From the human T2T-CHM13v2.0 reference genome, Homo sapiens, in NCBI RefSeq assembly GCF_009914755.1, contig NC_060925.1: a stretch of 64,000 nucleotides of DNA. The stretch is one strand, 5' to 3'. This document shows, piece by piece, positions 12,719 through 25,500 of this stretch. Under the pieces are notes generated by a model that was not told the origin of the DNA, did not search any database, and was given only the letters and a program-made list of their open reading frames with translations. The stretch's first letter is position 1. Every line of letters starts with the position of its first letter. Position numbers and translations under genes: made by a program.

Positions 12719-15477
12719 GCTTAAGGGACACTGGGTTTGTTATCTGTTGCCTCTTCTTTATGATGATGATTGAATTTCCTCTGGCATCTTTGCCATGGCC
12801 CTTTAAACCAAATCTTTTTTATTCTTGGTAATTCTTTAAGTGCAAAGGCCAAGGTACTTGTTCTTGATATTCACATATAAGTGTCACCTGTTGAAGTTGG
12901 AAAATTCCCCGTATGTTGCTCTGGGCTAGAATAAAGCAATGCCCTGGTTGCCTAATTCTGCTTGGCCAACGTGTACTGGCGCGTGGGACCATGAGCTGCC
13001 CAAGTGGCCTTGGTGGCTTTCTGTTCTGGCATCCCTCTCAAATTAACCCCTTCCTCTCATTGCCACTCTTGGTCCAGTCCCTTGTCCTCCGTTCTGAGTC
13101 ACTGGACCTGCCTACTCAGATCTCTCAGTACCTCTCCCAGGCTTGTATTCTGCATGCCCCTCCCACACAAGAACTAACCTATGGTGAGGACACCTGGATC
13201 CCCCTCCTGGGCCCTGCATAGATGGCCTGCAGTAGCCGGTCCTGCCTCCGCCACCCACTTACCTTTCTTGAGACTTCTGACGTGGATGCATTCCAGATGT
13301 GGGGGCATTCTTTGCAAAGTGCTTGTGGCTGTCTTCATTCATGGTATTCTCCACTGCCCTTCTAAACCTTTCTAAATGGGTGTGTCCCTTAAAACACAAT
13401 TTGCCTAGATTCTTCCAAAGAACTGCTTCTGACTGGCCCCCTGCCATGGGATTGCTGCCCTTGCTTGAGACCTTGCCACCCCCAACCAGAGCCTCTGTGC
13501 CTGGGCTTTCTTGTTTTGTAGCTGTGCATGATTTCTCCAGGTATTTCGTAAGTTGCTTTGGGACAGAGACTATCTGTAATTAGACAGTTCTCTAATTCCT
13601 CACTTAAATTCTTAGGGAATTCAGATTGTTAAAAAAATATCTAGAGAGCTATTAATGACATATACACAATTTGTGAAATAATGTTTTTAATCTTGAGACA
13701 GTACCTTGTACTCAAACACACTAATGTTTTTGCAGCAGAACATGAATATGCATACCAAGTGGGATAAATCAGGAGAACAGTCATCAGGTCAGGTTTTACT
13801 GCCACATAATTCAGATCATGGCAGGCTTTGCCACCAAATATGATACAGATTTTTTTCCAAGGTGTTTTTGTTTTTTTTTTTAATGTTGGAATCAAAGATT
13901 AGGAATTATGGACCCTCGCTAGGTAAATAAAGAAGAATACCATTGATTCTGCTGCCACATGATAAACAGCCCACTCCGGAGGCACCAGAGCCTACTTTTG
14001 GGTTGCTATGCTGTAGATGAGGGGAGCAGGGCATAAAGGGAGTTGAAACTCCCGGGATGGTCTTCAGCTTGATATCCTGCAGGGCCTCTGGTGCACAGGT
14101 TGCCCTTGAGATTGGTTAGCACCCAGCGTAGCTCCTGGTAGGCTTTGCCACTCCCTCACTGTCACCACGTGCTGGGTGGGCTGAACTAGATCTCTCTCGG
14201 TAGCTGCTTTTATGGAATCACTCAGTTAACCCAGTTGACTGTAGAATCCTGTCTGCAAAGAGGCATCCCCTGGAGGCCAGCGCATGGTGGTGCCATCAAA
14301 CGAAGGTACTTTTGTTAGGGTTGGTCCATTCTTGGGCTTAATCAGACCCGCCCTAAGGAAATCATGGTATGATGTGACGGTGATGCTAATGATCTGCCTT
14401 CTATTGTTGGCAAACCTTATCTTGGCCAAATATTAGCTAAAATCTCTGAATTGGTCTGTGTTTCACCTAGATACTAATGGTCTACGCAGTGGGCTGTTAG
14501 CAAGCTTGTATCATGAACTCCCCAAGTTCTCCTTTCTTTAAATACACCGAATTACTCAAAACTGGTTTTTTCTTTAAAGAAAAAGCTTTTTAAAAGTAGA
14601 TACGTGTTTGTTGCACACAGGAAGAAAAGTCTGAAAGCTTCACATTGTCTCTGGTGAACATCCTTCCTAATTTGTCTCATACCCTCTGATGTTCGATGTA
14701 TGTCATTTTCTATAAATACAATGACAGTAAAATGACACTGTATTTGCTGTTTGCCTGCCTACTTTTTTTTCATTCAGTAATACATAGGAAATATTTTCTA
14801 GGACTGTTAAATATATAACTTTCCCTTATAAAAGCTGTATATATCCCATTTTATGTTTATTTAGCTAGCTCTCTGGTAATGGACTGCTAGATTCTTTTCC
14901 TTTTTAATGCTAACGTTGGGATGAATATTTTCGAATAACCTCCTTGCTTACTCATTTAAAAGGAGATGCTATTTGAGATGACAGTGTGTTATTTGGTTCT
15001 GAAAATGTACCAGAATTTACTCAATATATTGCTGAGTTTGGCTACTGCTTTATTTTAGGTTTTGAATGAAGATTCATAGCTGAAAGTGTCTGTGGCCAGC
15101 CAGCCTGCCTGCCTTCTTTTCCTCCTCTCTCCCGTCTTCCTTCCTTCATCTAGCTTTGGCTTCAAGATTATGTTAACTTTGTAAAATGAATTTAGAACAA
15201 ATTCCTAAATTTCTTTAGATGCTTCAGAAAAACTGATTTGTAAAGGAGTTATTTGTTTCTTGGAGCTCACCTTTCAAAGTCATCTAAACTTAGAGCTATT
15301 TTTATTTTCATTACAGTAATCCTTTGATAACCTTTTAAAATTCTTCCATGAATATTGACATGTGTTCAGTTTTTCTATGCTTTACTTGAATTAATTTGAT
15401 TTATATCTTCCCAGAAGAATAAATTTCCCTTGGATTTTCAAATTTATTGGCATAGTGTTATATGTATATGCACTTAA

Positions 15478-15873
<396 letters not shown>

Positions 15874-16769
15874 CTGCTTTTCTCTTTAATGCATTCATGT
15901 CTGCCTGTTGCCTCTGCTTTCCTCTGCACTCCCCCTGCCCCATGAGAGTTGAATGTTGAATGTTTACTTTATGTCTACTTAATTGGTTTCTGAGTGCAGC
16001 TTTGGCTGAGTCTCATAATACGAAATATAGTGTGATAATTTTGGTTATTTTTAAACCTACTTGTAAATGACCGCTATTATTATTTCTCACCACTCTGGAA
16101 TTCTGTTTTTGGTTTCTTTTTTGGTACGTTGCTTATTTAGGAAAGAGTTTCAAAATCGTAAGAAACTGATTTTTTTTTCTTTTTATCTTTTTAAACTTAG
16201 GTCATTGGAGATTTTTTTCTCCTGACTTTATTGCTGTGGAGTCAGACATTACAACTTTATAATTTTACTATTTTGCATATATGGAGGGTTTTACTTTGGG
16301 CATGAGATGTAGCTACCTTTAATTGAGATTTTCGTTCCAGGTGCTATGCTAAGCAATTTACACACATTACTCATTTAATTCTCACAGCAACCCTATGAGG
16401 CATAGGTACTGTTGTTATTGTTACTAAGATTTGATAGTTAGAGAAACAGAACTTGCCCCATTAACCAGGCTGTGGTGAGGTCTAAACAACAGCCTGCCCC
16501 CAGAGGCTGCAATCTTTACTTCTCATTTCTATGAATATTTGATGGGTATTTTTTAAAAGCTAGTAACATCTATACTCATTTCCAAATTCAAATATACATG
16601 TTCAACCAACCTGATCGATTACATTCAAAACCTTTGTTATTGATAAAAGCATTTGAAACTCAACATTACAGTGCTAGGAGTTTCTGCTTATTTCTAAGCA
16701 TGAGGGGCTTAGAAGATATATATTCATGGATTATACCCTTATTGACATAAAATTACCCCACTTTATTTG

Positions 16770-16839
16770 TTTTTCTTTTCTTTTTTTTTTTTTTTAATAG
16801 AGATGGGCTCTCACTGTGTTGCCCAGGCTGTCCTTGAAC
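16770..16839 (-). mobile_element. Short Alu left-monomer/FLAM fragment
   Basis: T tail then tagagatgggctctcactgtgttgcccaggctg. Confidence 0.65.
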
Positions 16840-17042
16840 AAGTTTTCCTTTTTTGCCATACATTTTGCTTTGCATAAATGTTAATCTCCTACTTTATTTC
16901 ACTTACTCTTGATACATTTTTGTATCTTACTGATTTTTTTTCTTTTTTGGATGCCATTTTGTCTTAGGTTTATCTTTTGTAACACATATATTTTGATTTT
17001 TAAGCCAACCTGATGGTCTAAAGTTTAATAGACTCTTAGCCA

Positions 17043-17359
<317 letters not shown>

Positions 17360-19409
17360 GAAAAGTTCGTCTTTTTAACCACAGGCCAAAACAGAGCAAT
17401 TCAGTGTATCTGAAAAGAGTGGTGTCCTAAAATGTCACCCTCCACAGAACTTAAGCTTTTCTCCTGTCCACTTGGGACAATCAGAACTGCTCAGGGGTCC
17501 CACAGACTCCATTATCTGGCCCAGCTTTTGTGGGGAGAACTGCAAGAGTAGGGTAGGAAAGAAAACCAACTGCCTGAATAACCTCTAAGAAGGGTGCTCT
17601 AAAGGATTCACCACTTTGAGACAGGCAGAGCAGATAAAAATGAAAGCACATCTCTTCATGGAACAATGGAAGTAAAAACTAAACCCTCAGCTTGGAAACC
17701 AGAACTCACGTATCCAAGAGGACGATGGTGGGCACCAGGAGGCAGAGGGAGTTACTGGAGTTACTCTAGCAGGACCAAGGGTGCCACTTGTCCCAGGGGA
17801 GTAGCAAGAGGGAAGAAATGGAATGTGCAGTGTTCACATTGTCTGATGAGCAGTGTGAGCTTCCATCCAGAAAAGGCAGCTTGTCCCCTGGCATCGGGAG
17901 GAATGAAAGTTTAAAGGACAATAATAATTTAGTCTCTCTGAAATGACTCTAGCCTTAAATGGTGAGTGGGACCTGGCAGCTGAAGTGCAGCCCTCGGAGG
18001 GCATGACGAGAGAGTTCAGACGGCTTCATCCAGGGCTGTTATTTTCTCAACTTTCAATAGCTCTTGACTCTTGAAAAGTTTTCAGCTAAAATGTAGTGTC
18101 TGTAAAACTGGAGGCACTAAAGGGCAAATGGTGCTCTTTGAATGAAAAAACATTTTTATTCCATCAAACAGTGGCTTGCTGAAAGCTTCAAGGGGAAACC
18201 TAATGTTTTTCCCCTTCTGTTGGAGAATACTCACGTATTCTGGGCAGCATTTTCTGTGGCCGGTGCCGAAGCGTGGAGTGTTTGGTGAGCGAAGAGTGTG
18301 TTTTTGGATTCTCCGCTTGGCCTGAGTGTGTGTGCATGTTTTTTGCCTCTGGAACCCTTGGCTTTTCAATGAGATTAGAGGACTTCAAAGGGAGTACAGT
18401 AAATACGATAGGCTTGAGTTTCCTGTGTCACAGGGAGGATAAACATTTTGTTTTAGAACATGCTTCCGACTCCTATACGTTGCAGAATGCAGAAGCCTGC
18501 GGTATTCAAGAAAGCTATTTTAGACGAATAATTTCGAAGTGAGACAAACCTAAAGTTATTAATTGAGCTAATTCAAATCTCCTGTTGACCAGATTTTTAA
18601 GAAGCTTGATTTCACAGAGGTCCTGCAGAGGTTTTTTAATGTCTTAGGATTTGGTTCTGTTTAGTTTTGAAAGACCTCTATAGAAATAAACTCTGTAGCT
18701 ATTAGGACTAATCAGAAATTAGTGGATTTGGTGGAATATTATGCCATTATGACTGTTTGGAGGATTATTAAGGGTATGTTTTAATTAAATGAACATTATA
18801 CAACAGCTAATGAACTTTTTTCCATTTTCCTTTTTTTGGCTTCCATTTCCAGTTTACATTCTATCCAGTAGCCTGCCTAGACTTTCTGTAGACACCATAG
18901 CAACACATCTTGAAAATGTGAAGCTGAACATCTTGTTTGGGATGGGCCCTAGTGGAAGTGCCCTGAGGTTGAGAGATGCATCCGCAGCCCAGTTTGGGGT
19001 TGGACTGAGGAGGGCCTGTTTCCCGTGGCCCCTTCTGCCTTGTGGTGGATCCAGTCTCCAGCTTGGGCTAGATCTTTTCAGCCTGGTCATGTTGGGCCTT
19101 ATTCCCAGTGGCTTAGGCTTGACTCTCTCTGTGTTAGGCTTCATAGTCATGGTAGACTTTGAGGAACACAGCGTGGGCTGGGCCACTTCATGTATGGTGA
19201 CCACAGGGGGTCAGATTGTGGTAGAGAGGAGGAATGGGAAATCAAAATCTGGAGGAGGCAGAGTTTTTTTGTTTTTTTTTTTTTAACCTCTGTGCTATAT
19301 GGTCCATACCAGAGTTCCAGGTCTAAATTCAAGTTATCCAGATGAGTCTAATTATGGCTCCACATTAGAGAACTGTTTCACTAATAACACCTCTCACTTT
19401 TCTGTGTGT

Positions 19410-19590
19410 TTCTTAAAATGAAGTCTAAGAGCAACCTGTATAAGCCTTGCCTTCAGGGGCCTTTTCGAATTCAGATTCCCAGGTATCACCCAGACCTACT
19501 TATTCAGAATGGGATGGGAGAAGCAGTCAGGGCCTAGGCATGTTCATTTTCATAAGCTCCATGAATGAGTCTTATGCTCACTAAACTGTC
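19410..19590. mobile_element. MER5-like hAT fragment
   Basis: cagattcccaggtatcacccagacctact...cagaat...gggcctagg...ttatgctcactaaa. Confidence 0.5.
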
Positions 19591-21014
19591 AGAGCTTTGT
19601 GATAATCAGAAGTCTGTGGCCTTAAAGCAACTGCCCTTACCGCAGAAGCAAATCAGAGTCCTGAATGAGGAGCATGCGCCCAGCCTGCGGTTGGCTCTAG
19701 CCTGGCTGGAGCCCCACCTTCACAGCAGAGGCATATATGGACATTCTGTGTCCATTCTGTGTCCATGGGCAGCTGCATCAGGCTGCCAGGATGGTCAGTG
19801 AAACAACAGACCTTCCTGCCCTTTTCTTTCCCTTGAAATGGGAATGGCGTAAGCATTTTCTGTGGATGAGGGCAAGGAAACAGAAGGCATTCACCGCCTC
19901 TATTGCATCACCAGCTGTGTCCAGAGCCTTGATTCCAGCATCCTGAGGTGCTAACACCCTCCCCCTGCCACCGAATATCTGTATATGAATGGAGAAATGG
20001 GCTAGCAAGCAACAGACTGTATTTTAATATGTTCCTTTGATTTTTCAAACTTCTGGCCCTGCTGGCTAATTTAACGCCCCCACAGGCTCTCTCGGCTCAT
20101 CTCACCTGGCTGATGGGTGCACATGGAGACTCGCAGACTTTCAGGTGCTGTGTTGGCTGGAGAAGGAAAGGTCCACGTGGCTGCAGGGCTCCCTGGGCTG
20201 CTCCATCTTTCCGAACACATGCGGAGGCAGGTGCCTTGACCTGGCTCAGAGGCAGGGGCCTCGCCACTCTCTCCCAAAGTTAGGGGAGCCAGTCATCGCA
20301 CCCGCGGACATTTCTCCCCCTCCCCATTTCACTCACCCATCTCATGGTTGAGAAAACTGCCTGTGTTTCTCCAGCTGTAGAATTTGCTTGGATTTTTAAC
20401 CATTTTTCCTTATGTAGGGTAGCTGAAATCAATCACTCTGTGACTGAAGAAGGTGGAAAAAACTGCAGGGTGTAAACCTAAAGAAAGCAGAAGGAAGGAA
20501 ATAAGGAAGGTAAAAGAAGAAATTAATGAACTAAAAATCCAGTGGAGAGTATATATAAAGCTTCATCTTTAAAAAATATAAATCTCTAAAAATGCTGATT
20601 AACAAAAATAGAGAAGAAACATTAATATTAGGTGTAAAAAAGCAGATATAACTAAGATCATAAGAAAATTAAAAGTATACTTTTATGTAAATAAATTTGA
20701 AACTTACATGAAATTGATAATTTTCTAGGGATATTTAAGTTACCAAAGTCTCTTAAGAAATAAAAAAATGAATAAGTGCAAACCATCAAAAGAAATTTTC
20801 AGCAATAAAAAATTTGCCTTCCCAAAATTTCACAAAGCTCAAATGGGTTTGCGTAAAACCCAGACTGTTTCAGAGAATAGAAAAGGAGGAAAGCTACCCT
20901 ATTTCCTTCAGTAGTATCTAGCTATGAAACCAGAAAAAGAAAGTATAAGAACAGCAAATTGTTCAATTTATGGTTATAGACTCAGAAAATCCTAAACCAA
21001 ATACTAGCAAATCT

Positions 21015-21166
21015 AATACAGCTATATATATATATGCTATATAATACAGCTATATATATATATGCTATATAATATAGCTATATATGCTATATAATACAGC
21101 TATATATGCTATATAATACAGCTATATATATATATGCTATATAATACAGCCATATATATATATATA
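21015..21166. repeat. Compound minisatellite [AATACAGC(TA)nTGCTATAT] x ~6
   Basis: Units start at 21015, 21043, 21071, 21093, 21115 and 21143. Confidence 0.95.
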
Positions 21167-21744
21167 CAAGAAGAGTTTGTTTTAGGAATGTAAAAATGAT
21201 TGAATATCAGAAAATAATGTAATATATCTTCTCAGTGAATTAAAGGAGAATAGCTGTAGGTCATATTAATGGATGCAGGAGGGAAAGCAGTGAAATTCAG
21301 CACTTGTGAGGGAGTTTCCTTCACCTGATGAAAGGCATCTGTAAAACATCTATGGCAAACACAAAGCTTAATGATAAAAATCTGCTTGTGTTCAATTTAA
21401 AGATAGGATCAAGGCAAGGTTGTTTTTTACCACTTTTAAAAATTGTATATTGTGTTGCAGGCCATAATCACTGCCATCTTAAGAATTGCAAGATGTGTAA
21501 CGAATGGAAAGACAGGGACAGAATGTAGATGTATTGATTTGTGGAAAATCTAAGAGAACCTGCAAACTGACTATCAGAACAAATAAGAGAGCACAGTGAG
21601 GTGTTGAATACAGAGTCCACATACAAAAACCGGTATCAGTAATGGCCAATTCAAAAATGTAATAGGAAAAGAGACTCCTTTCACTGTAGCAAGCAGAACT
21701 GTCAGATATGGAGGAATAAATGCAACCAAAGATGTGCAAGACTT

Positions 21745-22529
21745 TCATGGAGAAAATTGTAAAACATAACTGAAGGATATTTTAAAATATCCAGTATTGT
21801 AGAAATATTAATTTCCTTCAAATTAACTCATAAATTCAGTGCAGTGTCATGCAGGGTTTTTTCATGGAACTTGAAGAGCTGATTCTTAAATTCATCAGGA
21901 AAAGCAAATGGTCACAAATATCCACTGGCATCTTGAAGATCTTCGCCTAGTAGGGGCCATGAAGAGTTACTGCTGAGCCACATTCATTAAGGCAGCATGG
22001 TACAGGTGCGGGGTTACACACATAGATGACCAGAACAGAAACGGATGTAGACATAAATAAGTGTTTGGCGTGACAGCAGTGGCGTTACTCATCAGTGATG
22101 AAATAATGAACTATTAAATCATGCTGGGGACAATGGATTATCTACACAGAAAAAAAAAGAGATTATGGATCTCCTTCATCTATATATGAAGGATAGCATG
22201 GAACTTGTCTACATCCATTTCTGTTCTGGTCATCTGTGTGTGTAACCCTGCACCCATACCACGCTGCTTTAATCACTGTGACTCTGCAGTAACGCTTCAT
22301 GGCTCCTCGGGCATGTTGCCCTACTATGTGTTGTTCTTCAAGACTCCAGTGGATATTTGTGACCATTTGATTTTCCTGATGAATTTAAGAATAAGCTCTT
22401 CAAGTTCCATGAAAAAACCCTGCGTGACACTTCACTGAATTTATGGATTAGTTTGAAGAAAACTAATATTTCTATAATACTGGGCACTTTTTAATGTCCT
22501 TCACTTATGTTTTGTAATTTTCTCCATGA
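21745..22529. repeat. Long inverted repeat, arms 21745-22053 and 22206-22529
   Basis: Hand alignment: about 38 substitutions in ~309 bp plus one 15-nt indel; 152-nt spacer. Confidence 0.95.
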
Positions 22530-25500
22530 TATACATGGATATACATAATCCTTCAATATTTATGAAGGATATATAACCTGTTATAACCTGTTAAAAGCAT
22601 TTGTAAAAGTTTAAACATTTGAAATAAAATTCACAATATATTAATGACCTTCGGTTAAGAAAGCTTTTCCTGAACATTGTTACCCCAGGGTCACAGTTTG
22701 AAAACTCAAAATTAAAACGTAGGTTTGACAAAAAGCATCATAAACAAAATTAAAGCATCTGCCACAGAGATTTTTGCAATGCTTCTGGCTGACAAAGGAT
22801 AATGTCCAGAGCATATAAATTCCTACAGCCAAATAGTAGGTAAAACCTAATCAAAAAATGGACAAAGAACATGAATAAACAGTTAACAGCAGAAACCATC
22901 CAGTCAGCTCCTAAGCATATAAGATGATATGTGGCCTCTCTAGTAATCAGGTACATGAAAGTTAAAATGATGACTACTTCATACCAATCTGGTTGGCAAA
23001 ATTTTAAAACATGGTGATACCTAGGGATGGTGAGAATACAGAGCAGGATGATCTCATGCAGGTCCGGGCAGGAGTGACACTAGGTCCAGCCACTTGAGAT
23101 TAAGTTGGCTATGTCAGGTCAAGTTGAAGAGGTTCATAATGTATGACCAGTAGTCCTACTTGTGGGTAAATAATGCAGAGAAACTTTCTCTGCTGTGTAA
23201 AAAGACAGTGTCCACTGCAGCGTTGTTTCTAATGGAGAGAATTGATAATCAGCAGAAAAGGGATGACGTGTGGTGTGTTCCTCCCTACAATGGAAAGCAG
23301 TGTAGCAGTGAGGGTGAATGAAACAGAGCTGTGTGTGTCAGAACAGATGCACCTCCCAAAAAGTGAAAACACCAAGTCACAGCACAGTGCCATCCCTGCA
23401 AACTTCGAATAGGTGCAGAAAAATGCTTGGTATAATTTATGAATACATACATGGGTAGTTTATTTAAAATACACATAGTAACAATGAAGCACCAAATTCA
23501 AGATAGTGATTGCCCCTGGGGAAGATGAGGATTGAGGTAAGGGCTGTAATTATTCCCTGTCATCCTGTCATGTGTCATTTTATTTAAAATTTTTTTAATC
23601 AAAGGCCAGTATTGCAAGATATTAAGACTTGGCAAGCAGAGTGGTACATGGATGCTTCTATAATATCTCTAAACTTTATGCGTGAAATATTTCACTCACA
23701 TAAACACACAGTGATGTCAGTTGCTGCCAAGAGGCCACAGGAGGCTCATTGCCTTGGTAAATTTGTTGCAGTCTAAGACTTGCCCCTCAGCTTTGCAAAC
23801 CCAGAAACTTTTTTTTTTTCTTAGTTTTTTGCCTGCAGATGAAAACTAGGTTTGTATCTCAGGGGCAGACTCAAACTCAATTTACAAATCGAATGTATCC
23901 AGACTGCCAGTATGATAATTTGTAAATACATAGCACAGTAATCAGGACCTTGGAAATACCACGACCTTGCATGATCCTCGTGTTGTTTGTCCTGGAGTTT
24001 TTCCACGGGAACCTGAGCCACAGCCCAAATGCCTGCTCATAGACACGCAGTTAGACGTAGCTGCTGTGGAGACCAGCATTTCGGAGCCCCATTGCCAGCA
24101 GATTTGCTCCTACACAGGACTCCAGTCCTAATCAGAACACACAACTCCCTTAGAGGGACTCCACTGGAAGTGCCTGCCTCCTTCAGGGAGGAACTGAGCA
24201 TGCCCCTTAGCACTGGATACCCAGAAAGTGCCTGTGGAGGCTTGGCATTGTTTATAACTTTCCTTTTTTATTTTTGACAGTATCTATTCCCCATCTCTTC
24301 CGTGATAGAATCCTGTCTTTGTGTAGGCATAAACTAATGCTTACTTAATAATCAGTTAAGTTGTGTAGTATTTTCCTTACAAAATCCGAATTACAAGGGC
24401 AGTTCAGGGAGATGGTGCATATTCATCTAGGAGTTTTTCCTTCCCATGACCCTCTGTTTGGTCTTCGTGGCTATCTCATAAGAAGTGTGGTCTTACTGTT
24501 GGCCACATCCCCTCTCTGGGCCTTGTAGAGGTTCTTGAACTCTCCTTCTTAAAGAGAGTTTATTTAAATATGTTTCCTCATCTTCTCCCACCTTTGCATC
24601 TCCTGAGCCCTTCTTGCAGGCCTGGGAACCCTTGTCCCTTTAACTGACAGTGTATTCTCTACTTGGAGCCGCTGCTGCATGTGGACTTGGAAGATGTCTC
24701 AGAGCCTGTCTCATCGGCTGCCTCTCCAAGTTGCTAGAGAAAGCTCCACTCTGACCTCCCAGTCACCATTGACACACAGCTGCCAAATGCAAATTATAAG
24801 CCTGCATTCATTAAAGTGACCTTGACAGTTTTCAGAGTCCTTTTTCACACGTTTTTATTTGGTGTTCCCAATAATCAGGCAAGATCGTCAGGGCCATTTT
24901 CACAGATGAGGAGTGATGTTAGTTGTCACACATTACACAGTAACCAAGGTTACCAAGGGCCCTTTGCAAAAACACTAGGTCACCTGGGGTGAGGGTGGGG
25001 CATGGCCTGCCCAGGGTAGAGAAGGAAACCTATTTCTTTGTTCCTCCCAACACCGTGAAACAGCCTTCTGTGTTATTGGACAGAAGCTGGAGCTTCCCAG
25101 TCCAAAGAGCTTGCGTTTGGTTATTTCATCAATGTCTTGATCAAGCCCAGGTATAACGTCTGCCCTAAAGACAGAGTCATTCTTCTACCCTGAGAGACTC
25201 TCTATACAATGTGGTTGTTTAGATTCACCAGTTTTTTCCATTTCCAGCTAACCAAGAGTTCAGGTACTGAAAGCCATCTAATCTCAGAGAAATTTAAAGC
25301 TAAATAAAGGATTCTTAAAACAGATCTTTACATGTCCAGTTTTTAAAGCCTCCATTTTACCGAACAGGAAGTTTGCAGAATGATCACATTAGCACCAGAG
25401 CCTTGGACACTCAAGTGAACTTGAGCCCACAAAGTCAGCCCGAAACCCCGCCCACTCTTCTCAGAGTCACTGCTTCTAGCCTGCGTCGTCTGGTAGAACA

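Larger units (their letters stand above)
20460..23690 (+). mobile_element. Old L1M (L1ME-like) ORF2/3'UTR remnant containing a VNTR and an inverted duplication
   Basis: A-rich sense L1 words (aataaatttgaaaactta; aatcctaaaccaaatactagcaaat; ggcagcatggtac; aaaaatggacaaagaacatgaata). Confidence 0.75.

Noticed and set aside
18854-19204. Minus-strand basic ORF with a faint echo of RPL29 (VKPKP...)
   Set aside because: Only a few residues match from memory, the conserved N-terminus is absent and no TSD is visible; needs BLAST
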